Part shown: positions 9,372 to 17,945 of the stretch, in pieces
How the letters are laid out: each line of letters opens with the position of its first letter
Numbering within the stretch: the first letter of the stretch is position 1
Assembly: GCA_016214555.1 (NCBI GenBank)
Contig: JACROF010000016.1
Coordinates: forward strand, 633 to 64,632
DNA from: Candidatus Levyibacteriota bacterium
Lineage (GTDB): Bacteria; Patescibacteriota; Microgenomatia; Levybacterales; UBA12049
Length of the DNA: 64,000 nt
Direction: 5' to 3'
Program-made: the position numbers and the translations under genes
The notes under the pieces: generated by a model
What the model was told of the DNA's origin: nothing
Database searches by the model: none
What the model saw: the letters and a program-made list of their open reading frames with translations, nothing else

Positions 9372-9860
9372 GTGGTTACCGATAAGCAGATCGCTGCTCT
9401 TAAGTATCTCATCTTTCATTCAAAGCAAGGAAAGCCTCTTTCCAAGCAAATTCTTGCCTTTCTTTTAGATGGGTCAAAGAATCTGACAAGAGAGGTATAT
9501 GTGACGCTGTGGCCGATAAGCGAATATACGCCCAAAGAGGTTCGAGATAGTGCCATAGGCATAGATGCTATGAAGAGCCCCAATGGCTCAACGCACCTAA
9601 ACGAAGTCATGGACGCAATGGGAACAGAGTTCGGCTTTGATATTCACTATGGGCATTTCCATGAGGGTGACTTTATCACGGCGGGACAATTTCCAGGATT
9701 GCCAAGTAGAGAGTGTCATCCCTTTGGTCTTCCGGCCCGATATACCTTTTGGTGCTCACCACATCGCTACTCTGACACTGCAGAGCCTCTTTTGGTGACG
9801 CGAGCAGAGCTTGAGGCAATTGACCTTAAAAAGCCAGGCCTCTACCCAACGCTTGAGTAG
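9372..9860 (+). CDS. Hypothetical protein
   Basis: Part of ORF 9231-9860; GTG at 9372 follows AAGGAG; terminator downstream. Confidence 0.6.
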   Translation: MVTDKQIAALKYLIFHSKQGKPLSKQILAFLLDGSKNLTREVYVTLWPISEYTPKEVRDSAIGIDAMKSPNGSTHLNEVMDAMGTEFGFDIHYGHFHEGDFITAGQFPGLPSRECHPFGLPARYTFWCSPHRYSDTAEPLLVTRAELEAIDLKKPGLYPTLE

Positions 9861-9892
9861 TTTTTTTACGATCCTTGATTGAATAATACATA

Positions 9893-9960
9893 CCCGTCTA
9901 GTAACGAAAGTGAACGACGGGTTTTTCATGCAAAAAAGCTCCGGTAAACGGAGCTTTTTT
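9893..9960. terminator. Two hairpins between convergent genes (bidirectional terminator)
   Basis: CCCGTC..GACGGG-TTTTT and AAAAAAGCTCCG-gtaaa-CGGAGCTTTTT. Confidence 0.75.
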
Positions 9961-9976
9961 ATTTTTACCCTAAGAG

Positions 9977-10411
9977 TTAGGCAGTAGCTTTTGCTTTTTT
10001 AGCTACTTTGATTTTTTTAGGTTCTGCCTTTTGTACTTTTTTGAATATTAAGTGCAGAACGCCATTGTCTAGCTCTGCTTGGGGTTCCTCTTCTGCTTCG
10101 ACGCCTTGTGGGAGACGGAATGAGTAGTTGTAGGACTGAGCCATAGACGTCATAAAGTAACGCCTTTTATCTTTGTCCTCCTGCTTTTGTTCATGAGTAG
10201 CAGTAATTCTGACTACTCCCTCATCAATTGAGACATCGACTTTATCCTCAGGGATGCCAGGTAGCGCTGCCTCGGCTACGATTGCGTCCTCTGTTTCATA
10301 GAGATTAAGTCCCTGTCCTGCTAGGCGCGAGATGCCAGGGATTGTTGGAAGATCCCAGTCGTCCTCAAGCATTGATTGGATGTTCCATGGGTTCCATCTA
10401 ATGATTGCCAT
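9977..10411 (-). CDS. Hsp20/alpha-crystallin small heat-shock protein
   Basis: LNLYETED..ALPGIPED..YSFRLP..AELDNGVL. Confidence 0.92.
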   Translation of the reverse strand: MAIIRWNPWNIQSMLEDDWDLPTIPGISRLAGQGLNLYETEDAIVAEAALPGIPEDKVDVSIDEGVVRITATHEQKQEDKDKRRYFMTSMAQSYNYSFRLPQGVEAEEEPQAELDNGVLHLIFKKVQKAEPKKIKVAKKAKATA

Positions 10412-10430
10412 TTTTTCTCACCTCCTCGTA

Positions 10431-10457
10431 TTAGCACTTTTATATCACGAGTGCTAA
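10431..10457. promoter_or_regulatory. CIRCE operator (HrcA site) upstream of hsp20
   Basis: TTAGCACTT-N9-GAGTGCTAA, one mismatch to consensus TTAGCACTC-N9-GAGTGCTAA. Confidence 0.9.
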
Positions 10458-10472
10458 CATCTTGTCAAGTGG

Positions 10473-11183
10473 TTAGATTGTAAAAAGTGTGCCAATGAGG
10501 TAGGCAAGTAATGAGGCTATTGACCCAACAGCTACGATCTCCAGGATTGAGCGTAGCATAGTTTCTCTGGTAATTCTCCAGCGTAAAATTCCCAAAAGGA
10601 CGAGCGCAGAAAAGGTAGCAATAAGCGAGTTGGTAAATGCATATTGTGTTGATGAGGTAGAGAAAAAGGGAAGAAGCGGGATAGAGCCAAAAAAGATAAA
10701 TGATGCAAGCGTTGCAATGCCTGTGTAGATTGGATTTTCCCCAAGGGGATTTGCGAGCTCTAGCTCGTGGCTGAGCATGAATTGTGCCCAGTATTTTTTA
10801 TTTTTGCTATAGATCGATGCTAACTTTTCGGCTTCTTCTTTTGAAAAATCTTTTGTGAGTAGCAAATTGATTGTTTGTTCTTTTTTCTTTTCTGGATCTG
10901 ATGAGATTTCTTGAAGCTTTCTTTTTTGCTCTGTTTTATACATATCTTGCTCGGAGCGCAGGGAAAGAAAATTTCCAAGCCCCATAGATGCACCATCAGC
11001 AAATAGATTTGCAAATCCGAAAAGAAAAACTGTAAGAAAAGAATACTGAGGGATATTGTTACCAAGACTTGCTCCAGTAAATCCTGCAACAACTGCAAAT
11101 GTGGTAACAATACCGTCATTACCACCATAAACAATTTCTTTAAGATAGGTTTGAAGCGGAGAAATTTTTGACTTTGAGTCCAT
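10473..11183 (-). CDS. VIT1/CCC1 family Fe/Mn transporter
   Basis: [34 protein letters not shown]; ATG 11183 lies 6 nt after TATAAT. Confidence 0.92.
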   Translation of the reverse strand: MDSKSKISPLQTYLKEIVYGGNDGIVTTFAVVAGFTGASLGNNIPQYSFLTVFLFGFANLFADGASMGLGNFLSLRSEQDMYKTEQKRKLQEISSDPEKKKEQTINLLLTKDFSKEEAEKLASIYSKNKKYWAQFMLSHELELANPLGENPIYTGIATLASFIFFGSIPLLPFFSTSSTQYAFTNSLIATFSALVLLGILRWRITRETMLRSILEIVAVGSIASLLAYLIGTLFTI

Positions 11184-11203
11184 AGAAAGATTATACAGGA
11201 AAA

Positions 11204-11337
11204 TGCGGAGGAGACAGGATTTGGTCACAAGTTCTCGCTCACGCGATCCTCGCAACCCCGCCTCCTTCAGGTTCGCAGGCTCACCATCAGTCCGGCATTC
11301 AAATCCAGTCAGGCAAGTGCGGAGGAGACAGGATTTG
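11204..11337. repeat. 20-bp direct repeat of tRNA-Ser(GCT) 3' end with internal inverted copy
   Basis: tgcggaggagacaggatttg at 11204-11223 and 11318-11337; ttcaaatccagtc at 11298-11310 is the near reverse complement. Confidence 0.85.
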
Positions 11338-11410
11338 AACCTGCGCGAGCCCTTTTAGAGGCTCAGAGGCTTAGCATGCCCCCGCAATGGACCAACTATG
11401 CGACTCCTCC
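11320..11410 (-). tRNA. tRNA-Ser(GCT)
   Basis: Anticodon arm GGGGC-ATGCTAA-GCCTC, long variable arm, GTTCAAATC. Confidence 0.93.
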
Positions 11411-11493
11411 TATTCAAAATGCTTAGCATTTTGATCCATCAAAGATAAGAAAAACATTATAGCATTTGTAAGAAGATTTGTTACACTGAGTCT

Positions 11494-12183
11494 GTGGATC
11501 TGCGAGATATCATCTTTCCTAAGAAATGTGTTCAGTGTAAATCGTTTGGATCGTATATCTGCGCTAAATGCTTTGTTAAATTAGCATTCATTTCAGGAGG
11601 ACTATGTGGCATGTGTGGCAAAGCATCACTTAACGGGTTGACCCATCCTGGGTGTTTAAAAAGATCTGGGATTGATGGCATTTTCCCAAGTCTTGTTTAT
11701 AACAACTTTTGTAAAAAGCTTATTTATCAATATAAATTCAGACCATTTTTATCAGATCTGAGAGAGGTCTTAGGAGATCTATTTTATGAAGGACTTCTTG
11801 CGCATGAGGAGCTTTATCGGTCGTACACAAAGGATAGTATTTTTGTTCCCATCCCTCTTCATACAAGTAAAAAGATTCAGAGAGGATATAACCAGGTTGA
11901 GCTATTAAGCAAAGAATTATCAAAGCGATTTGGAAATCCTACGCTCCCTATGCTCAAAAGAGTTAAAAATACGTTGCCACAATTTGGCCTTGATAAAAGA
12001 AAGAGACTTGAAAATATGAAAGATGCATTTATTTTTCGTGGTATGAAAAGTGATTTCGGGAAGACAATTTTTTTAATTGATGATGTTGTGACTAGTGGGG
12101 CGACATTTGTCTCAGCAACTGAGACATTGAAGAAAGTTGGTTATAAAAAGGTATATGGGCTGGCACTCGCGCATGGAGAATAA
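11494..12183 (+). CDS. comF: ComF family protein (Zn finger plus PRTase domain)
   Basis: CxxC motifs, VPIPLH..RGYNQ, LIDDVVTSGAT. Confidence 0.9.
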   Translation: MDLRDIIFPKKCVQCKSFGSYICAKCFVKLAFISGGLCGMCGKASLNGLTHPGCLKRSGIDGIFPSLVYNNFCKKLIYQYKFRPFLSDLREVLGDLFYEGLLAHEELYRSYTKDSIFVPIPLHTSKKIQRGYNQVELLSKELSKRFGNPTLPMLKRVKNTLPQFGLDKRKRLENMKDAFIFRGMKSDFGKTIFLIDDVVTSGATFVSATETLKKVGYKKVYGLALAHGE

Positions 12184-12218
12184 AATCCCCAGGATGCATA
12201 AAGCCCCTGGGGACAAGC

Positions 12219-12560
12219 TCAGGCTGCGTTACTGTACGCAGTATTGTTCATAACCTCCATAATGTCGTAGTCATTGAAGGTGTTTTGTCGGAAACGGATG
12301 CGCAGGATTTGTCCTTCAGTAATATTTAGTGCAGGAAAAAGCCTGATGCCTCCTCGTATGTTACAAGCAACACTCAGAAGCGTTCGCATTTGATAGTTTC
12401 CATACTCAAGCCCTGTGAATCGTCTTAGCAATGAGTAGCCATCAGGATGGTAAGTCGAAGCTACATCCGCGCTGATAATGACCTCGTTGACTTCTAAGAT
12501 TAGCCCATCTTTGGTTGTCGTTTTTCGGTTTGCGCTCACCGAGATTTGAGCACCTTCCAT
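12219..12560 (-). CDS. Hypothetical protein
   Basis: ORF with ATG at 12560 after AAAGG; hairpin 12186-12213 downstream. Confidence 0.5.
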   Translation of the reverse strand: MEGAQISVSANRKTTTKDGLILEVNEVIISADVASTYHPDGYSLLRRFTGLEYGNYQMRTLLSVACNIRGGIRLFPALNITEGQILRIRFRQNTFNDYDIMEVMNNTAYSNAA

Positions 12561-12695
12561 GTTGCGCCTTTCTTTTTTGACTGATAGTGATAAAGAGCGA
12601 CTGTCGCACAAAGTCGTGCGAGATTAAGGAATTATAGTTAGCGTAGAGGTTAAAGTCAAACGTTATAGGATGGTATTTAAGAATTTTTTCCAAAG

Positions 12696-12721
12696 AAAAA
12701 CCCCGCCGGATTACGGCGGGG
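12696..12721 (-). terminator. Rho-independent terminator
   Basis: AAAAA-CCCCGCCG-gatta-CGGCGGGG. Confidence 0.75.
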
Positions 12722-12737
12722 ATAGAAAAAGTATTTG

Positions 12738-13352
12738 TTAGGAAGTAGAGGGCTGAGGTGATTCCTCTGCCTCATTGGCCTCAGATGGTTCGACGATGAG
12801 AGTTGGGCAAGCCCATCCCCAAAATCGCGATGCAGAAATACTAGCAATGCCTCTGGTTTTTTTAATCACAGGCACATTCCATCCCTTGAGAAAGAGATAG
12901 ACAAATGCACCAAGTGCTAAGAGGCATGCGATTCCAATTCCGACAAGCTTGACCGTGTAGAGATTGTCGGCGATCCATAGTCCGCCAAGGAATACAAATC
13001 CCGCGGTGAAGAGTACGCAAACAGCCTCAAAAGGAGTAACGTGCATTTTTTTGCCATTACTCCATCGTTTGTGGGGGTAGAAAAGTTCACTGCCAGGCTT
13101 ATCTTCTCCGCCTCTGAATTTTGGACGGTATCCTAAAAAGGCGCCAATTGCCCAGATGACTACCATTAGTATGGAAAGGAAGCCTATTGCTAGAAATGAC
13201 GTGGGAAGGTAAAACCAATAATACGTACAGGCTTTCTTTTTGACCCAGCTTTCAGCTTTTCTTCCCCAAACCATAGAAAAAGCTTGGTAGTGCCATCTGT
13301 CCTCTCTGACATGGCTGAGACGTTTTTTGAGACGAGATACAGGATTAAACAT
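12738..13352 (-). CDS. Hypothetical membrane protein
   Basis: About 3 TM segments; AAAGGAG SD. Confidence 0.7.
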   Translation of the reverse strand: MFNPVSRLKKRLSHVREDRWHYQAFSMVWGRKAESWVKKKACTYYWFYLPTSFLAIGFLSILMVVIWAIGAFLGYRPKFRGGEDKPGSELFYPHKRWSNGKKMHVTPFEAVCVLFTAGFVFLGGLWIADNLYTVKLVGIGIACLLALGAFVYLFLKGWNVPVIKKTRGIASISASRFWGWACPTLIVEPSEANEAEESPQPSTS

Positions 13353-13423
13353 CTGTATATACTCCTTTGTCTAGATAGCAACGTCACAGGTTAATCGTTT
13401 TGCTGGATGCATACCCTTCAGGG

Positions 13424-13762
13424 CTAAGAAAAGGTGTATGTGATCGTAACTTTTTGCACGAGATCATCTGGCCATCCCTTCAGGAACTCCTCGTACGTAT
13501 CAAGAAGTTTTTGTATCCAATCAGGTACTGTCTCTGGCACTTTTGCTGTGCGAATAGAGACAACGGTATGACCTTTATTTCCCTCGCTAGCCTTGAAGGA
13601 AGGAGTGGGGGCATATCCTTTATGGAGTGCGCGTCCCCATGTGTACTCCCCAGTACTGGAATTGCCTGACTCAAGATGTATTTCCAGCATCTCTTTAGCA
13701 TGGTATAGAAATTTTGCAAAACTTGGAACGTCGCATTCGGTTGTCACTTGTAGCTGTGCCAC
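13424..13762 (-). CDS. Hypothetical protein
   Basis: Part of ORF 13424-13843; GTG at 13762 after GAGG. Confidence 0.5.
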   Translation of the reverse strand: MAQLQVTTECDVPSFAKFLYHAKEMLEIHLESGNSSTGEYTWGRALHKGYAPTPSFKASEGNKGHTVVSIRTAKVPETVPDWIQKLLDTYEEFLKGWPDDLVQKVTITYTFS

Positions 13763-13845
13763 AGATGCAATCCTCTCTTTGTAAATGTACAAAACAGCGC
13801 GTGCTGTAGGGGAGAGTATAACAAAGATTGTAATGAGAATCAAGG

Positions 13846-14160
13846 CTATAGGACTAAATAAGGTGTTTGTTGCGGAAGGGCACCTAGAGTTCGTGAGAGG
13901 ATGGATTTTAACTGCCTTCTCCCATAACCGCTTTTAAGAAATTCTTCTCGAGCCTTAGCGTCATCTTCATTTATAAAATATTCGTAATGGATGAGCTTAA
14001 CTGGGAGGCGGGCATGCGTTGCGGGAACATTACCTTGAATGTGAGTTTTTATTCTAGTTTTGAGATTGCTCGTGAAGCCGATATAAAGACCCTTGTCTTT
14101 GAGACTATGAAGAATATAGACATAGAAATGTCTTTTTGAAACGTCTGACGTTTCAGTCAT
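13846..14160 (-). CDS. Standalone GIY-YIG nuclease family protein
   Basis: FYVYILHSLKD..LYIGFTSNLKTRIKTH..AKAREEFLKSGYGR. Confidence 0.9.
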   Translation of the reverse strand: MTETSDVSKRHFYVYILHSLKDKGLYIGFTSNLKTRIKTHIQGNVPATHARLPVKLIHYEYFINEDDAKAREEFLKSGYGRRQLKSILSRTLGALPQQTPYLVL

Positions 14161-14177
14161 ATGATGTTTTTTGGTGT

Positions 14178-14263
14178 CGCGTCAAACGCGATCACCGCGT
14201 CAATTATAACAAAAAACGCGACCTCCTCTTCTTGCGAAGAGCGAAGCCGCGTTTGACGCGGTG
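14178..14263. repeat. Inverted repeats and hairpin between tmRNA 3' end and GIY-YIG gene
   Basis: CGCGTCAAACGCG (14178-14190) pairs with CGCGTTTGACGCG (14248-14260); inner CTCTTC-ttgc-GAAGAG-CGAAG. Confidence 0.7.
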
Positions 14264-14672
14264 GAGATGTCCGGGTGTGATCCGGAGTCCGAAAAAGTGT
14301 CTTACTAACATCTACAAGCGTAGTTGATTATTTTTGTGTCGCTTTCCCGTGGCCAGTCAACAGGTATAAGAAAGTCTACGTTTTAAAAATCTGGTATCAC
14401 ACAAAACGAGATGTGATCCTTGACCCAACTGTTTTATGCTCATAATGTCCCGTTGGGAAAGACATCATAAACATTCCTTAGTGCTTAAGCTAGTGCGTAA
14501 GCGGGTCGGAAACCTCCAAGGTTAGAGAGTTCTGCCAAAATGGCGTCACGCTCTGCCTTCAAGGCTGAAATGCTGTTTTTAGCATTTATTTTTGATCTTC
14601 TTTTTACGACTTAAAGATCAGCGTCGGCTTGCAGTTATTAAGGTACTATATCCGTCGAATCAAATCATCCCC
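14262..14672 (-). ncRNA. ssrA: tmRNA; tag reading frame 14583-14485 encodes AKNSISALKAERDAILAELSNLGGFRPAYALA
   Basis: 5' GGGGATG..ATTCGAC pairs with 3' CATCTCCA (G3:U Ala determinant); tag ends YALA-TAA; adjacent to smpB. Confidence 0.93.
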
Positions 14673-14677
14673 TTTTA

Positions 14678-14703
14678 CCCGCCGTAGCCTCAGCGAAGGA
14701 TGG
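14678..14703. repeat. REP-like palindrome upstream of ssrA
   Basis: CCCGCCGTAGCCTCAGCGAAGGATGG, same family as 7292-7323 and 8014-8045. Confidence 0.6.
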
Positions 14704-14750
14704 CTACCTCTTAGGTAAAAGTGAATATCGATTCAACTGTAAAGGATCTT

Positions 14751-15188
14751 CTAGCGTACCTTGAGGAGGGAAGTCATTTCTCTATTAAGGTCACGCTTTT
14801 TTTTCTGCTCTCGCTTGTCAAACTGCTTTCTTGGCTTTCCCAAGGCTAATTCGACCTTAATAAGATTATGCGTAGTATACAGGCAAATAGGCACGATTGT
14901 CAAGTTTGTACCGTCTGTTTTGTGCTTAAGGGATAGTATTTCTTTCTTGTGAAGGAGTAATTTTCTTGTTCGACTTTGATCGTAGTCCTGAGTTCTGGCA
15001 AATTCATACGGAAAGATTTTCGCATTAATAAGATAAGCCTCACTTCCCACAATCCTTGCATGACTTCCTGTGAGGTCTGCATGACCCTCGCGCACAGCCT
15101 TGACTTCCTGGCCTTGCAGGTTAATTCCAGCCTCAAATGTCTCCATAATGAGGTAGTCGTAGTGAGCTCTTTTGTTGAGGATTTTCAT
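14751..15188 (-). CDS. smpB: SsrA-binding protein SmpB
   Basis: NKRAHYDY..EAGINLQGQEVKAVR..RTRKLLLHKKEI. Confidence 0.97.
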   Translation of the reverse strand: MKILNKRAHYDYLIMETFEAGINLQGQEVKAVREGHADLTGSHARIVGSEAYLINAKIFPYEFARTQDYDQSRTRKLLLHKKEILSLKHKTDGTNLTIVPICLYTTHNLIKVELALGKPRKQFDKREQKKKRDLNREMTSLLKVR

Positions 15189-15371
15189 GACCTAATGATA
15201 GTAAATATATTTATGAAAGTAAATGAGACTGGAGAATATCCTATAATATTGATTTATTTATCTGGATATGGTAGAATTACTTGCTTTGCCGCTCGTAACG
15301 GCAGCCTTTCTATCTCACTTCCTACATGGTGTAGGAGTGTGGTGGTAGAGAGTGCTCCGAGGAGGAGTAAG

Positions 15372-15845
15372 ATGCTCAGTAACCTTCCGCGCGAAGTTGC
15401 TCGTGAGATCCAGATCAGCGGGCAAACAAACTTTGCGGCTAACAGGTGGAGAGAAGCAATTCTCTATTACCTGTTTGGCGTGTGGGGCGATAAGTCTGAG
15501 GTGATGTACCGGCCGAAGATCCACCTTGGTCCAATCACCCTCAGGCTCAACCCTAGTGCGGAAACGTACTACGCCCATGCAGTCCCACTGTTGCCCGAAG
15601 ACGAGCTGAATCTGAGTCTCTTCAGCAGTGAGGAGATGATATCAGTTGGTCCAAGGCAGACAGAGGTGGAGACGGGTTTGATTCGGTTCGTTAAAAACGG
15701 ACGGATTAAACTCATTACAATCCACCTTGACAACGGTGGGTTGCTTCGTCTCTGGAAGGGAAACAGGCGTGGAGATCTCTTTCTTCAGTCTTGGGGGGTT
15801 CCGTCAATGATGGAGCTTGTCAGATCGGGAGATAGCTCCGCGTGA
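15372..15845 (+). CDS. Hypothetical protein
   Basis: ATG 15372 after GGAGGAG; followed by strong terminator. Confidence 0.55.
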   Translation: MLSNLPREVAREIQISGQTNFAANRWREAILYYLFGVWGDKSEVMYRPKIHLGPITLRLNPSAETYYAHAVPLLPEDELNLSLFSSEEMISVGPRQTEVETGLIRFVKNGRIKLITIHLDNGGLLRLWKGNRRGDLFLQSWGVPSMMELVRSGDSSA

Positions 15846-15883
15846 TAGGTTCTAGACGCCACCTCCAAGTGCGTCTTCCTAGC

Positions 15884-15912
15884 GCCGCCGGCTTAAAACC
15901 GGCGGCTTTTTC
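15884..15912 (+). terminator. Rho-independent terminator
   Basis: GCCGCCGG-cttaaaa-CCGGCGGC-TTTTT. Confidence 0.8.
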
Positions 15913-15917
15913 ATACC

Positions 15918-17708
15918 CTAAAAGGTTAGCTGGTAGACTTTATCTCCTGAGAGAACAAAAGCACTCTTTTCATCATTTGATACGGTAAGGATGGTTGCAT
16001 TTTTGAGAATAGGAGCTTGGTATTCTGTTTGAAATGCGCCATCTGAGCTTAGCTTGACAATCCTTGAGGTAGCAGTATCCAGGATGTAGATATTGCTTAC
16101 ATCAGGAGAAGCAAAAAGATAGGTTGGTTTTGAAAATTGGTCTTTAAGACCTGAGATTTCAAAATCTGTTTTTATTCCTTTTGCATATTTCTCAATTGTT
16201 CCGTTGGAAAAAAGAATATAGACTGAGCTATCAATACCCAAGGATACAGCGCTACTAAGATTTGGCTTATCCTCTTTGAAATATGTTGAAAGTGCATAGC
16301 TATCGCTCGTTGGGACAAATTTTAAAAAGCCTTTACTCGTATCAAGGACATATATGTTTCCTCCGAAGACTCCCAGTCCCACCGGTTTTGTCCAATCTTC
16401 ATCATTGGTAATAATAGTCTCTTTCTTACTGGTGGATTTTGGTATTTTTGCAACAACTGTTTTAGTAAGGGTATACCAATTGTCCTCATCCTCAGCAACC
16501 GCGATAACACCCGATGATTTTTTGAGAGCAAGAAGTGGCGCATCGTCGTCTGGGACTTCAGCTGTTGATATCTTGCTTACTCCTTCGGTTTCTTGGAGTC
16601 TCTCGTTTATTTTTTGGGAGAGTTCATCAATTTTTATAGCCTCATCAGATCCTGGTTTGAATTTGCCATCAGCTTTTGCAAGTGTCTCCTTTGCCTTTTC
16701 ATAGTCATCGTGTGCGAGTGATTTATTGAGGCTTAAAAGTCCTTCAGCCTCGTCGTAATCTTTTTTAGCTGATGTGTAGATCTCATTAAAAAGGGCCTTG
16801 GTTTTTTGTGATTCTTTAGTTGAAAGGACAAGAACACTTGCGACGATTAAAACTCCGATAAGAAGAACCGCAATCCCAAGAGTCATTTTTCGACGAGCTG
16901 ATAACTGAATTTTTGGAAAAGTAATTGTTGGAAGTTTAAATGTCGACCCTTTTTTATTTTCTTGTTCCTCTGGGCCAAGAGGGGCTTCATGTTGGAAAGT
17001 TTTTTCTTGGTGGGAAGTAGCCTCAGGCGTAAAGGACTCAGTCTCCATTTTTTCATCAGGAGGCTCTTGTGTCTCTGGTAGGATTTGTTCATCTAGTGCA
17101 GGTTTCACAACCCCTTTAAATGAGATGATGATGGCTGAGGCTCCACCGTTTGACTCTCCGTGAATATGGGGAGAGATTGTTTCGGCTATATCGCTTGGCA
17201 GAGTAAATTCGAAAGCCTCAGTAATGGTTTTTGAGGGAACGCTTTGGAGAAATTGTGTTGTTTGAAGAAGAACAAGATCATCTGATGATAAATATCCTGA
17301 TGCGCTTGAGATGGTGCGATCATCTTTTGGATCTTCGTGAAGAATAGTGCCGATTTTCTCGCCTCTTTTGAGAGTGATTCGACCTCCTCCAAGAATAAAT
17401 CCATAGAGCGTATCCTCTTTGATATAGGCAAGAGATAGCGAGAGCAAGACTTTTTCATTAAGTTGATGGGTGGACTGGGAAAGCGCTTGCTTTATGGTTT
17501 CGAAAGATTTTTCCTCGAGTGCGAAAAATTCAGCTTCAATATTATTTAGAATTTCTTTTCCAAACGCAGGAAGTTCTTCTTGGAGCGCTTCGTCTTCTGT
17601 TAAAAGAGAGAGGACAATAAAGAGGCTCCCTGCGTTATATGCCTGAGACCATGTTGAAGCAGTTGGAGTTGCGACAATTTTTGCAAAACTAAGATTTGTT
17701 CCTGACAT
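15918..17708 (-). CDS. Single-pass membrane protein with possible PP2C-like N-terminal fold and extracellular beta-propeller-like domain
   Basis: Central TM (LGIAVLLIGVLIVASVLVL); repeated IYVLD/VYILFS/IYILD blades. Confidence 0.6.
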   Translation of the reverse strand: MSGTNLSFAKIVATPTASTWSQAYNAGSLFIVLSLLTEDEALQEELPAFGKEILNNIEAEFFALEEKSFETIKQALSQSTHQLNEKVLLSLSLAYIKEDTLYGFILGGGRITLKRGEKIGTILHEDPKDDRTISSASGYLSSDDLVLLQTTQFLQSVPSKTITEAFEFTLPSDIAETISPHIHGESNGGASAIIISFKGVVKPALDEQILPETQEPPDEKMETESFTPEATSHQEKTFQHEAPLGPEEQENKKGSTFKLPTITFPKIQLSARRKMTLGIAVLLIGVLIVASVLVLSTKESQKTKALFNEIYTSAKKDYDEAEGLLSLNKSLAHDDYEKAKETLAKADGKFKPGSDEAIKIDELSQKINERLQETEGVSKISTAEVPDDDAPLLALKKSSGVIAVAEDEDNWYTLTKTVVAKIPKSTSKKETIITNDEDWTKPVGLGVFGGNIYVLDTSKGFLKFVPTSDSYALSTYFKEDKPNLSSAVSLGIDSSVYILFSNGTIEKYAKGIKTDFEISGLKDQFSKPTYLFASPDVSNIYILDTATSRIVKLSSDGAFQTEYQAPILKNATILTVSNDEKSAFVLSGDKVYQLTF

Positions 17709-17711
17709 TGT

Positions 17712-17945
17712 TTATAGTATAACAATTGCTAGTAAAAAAAGAAAAATCGTTGCGAGAATGTAGATAAATCCTATACTTTGAACAAAAGGGGACCCAAGAG
17801 TTTTTTGAATAACAACTACTCTGTTGAGAGAGCGTATGTTGTTGAAGATAAGAATAGCAAAAATAAGATAGAGACCAAGAAAAATAAGAATAATAGCTTT
17901 GACAATAAGGAAAAAGTCGAATTGTTCAAATATCGTAAAATCCAT
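17712..17945 (-). CDS. Small 2-TM hypothetical protein
   Basis: Hydrophobic ORF coupled to neighbours. Confidence 0.7.
   Translation of the reverse strand: MDFTIFEQFDFFLIVKAIILIFLGLYLIFAILIFNNIRSLNRVVVIQKTLGSPFVQSIGFIYILATIFLFLLAIVIL

Noticed and set aside
7262-14703. Repeats as a CRISPR array
   Set aside because: No regularly spaced identical repeats with unique spacers, and no cas genes in the window
14976-15371. N-terminal part of the 289-aa ORF
   Set aside because: Antisense to smpB; SD-supported ATG at 15372
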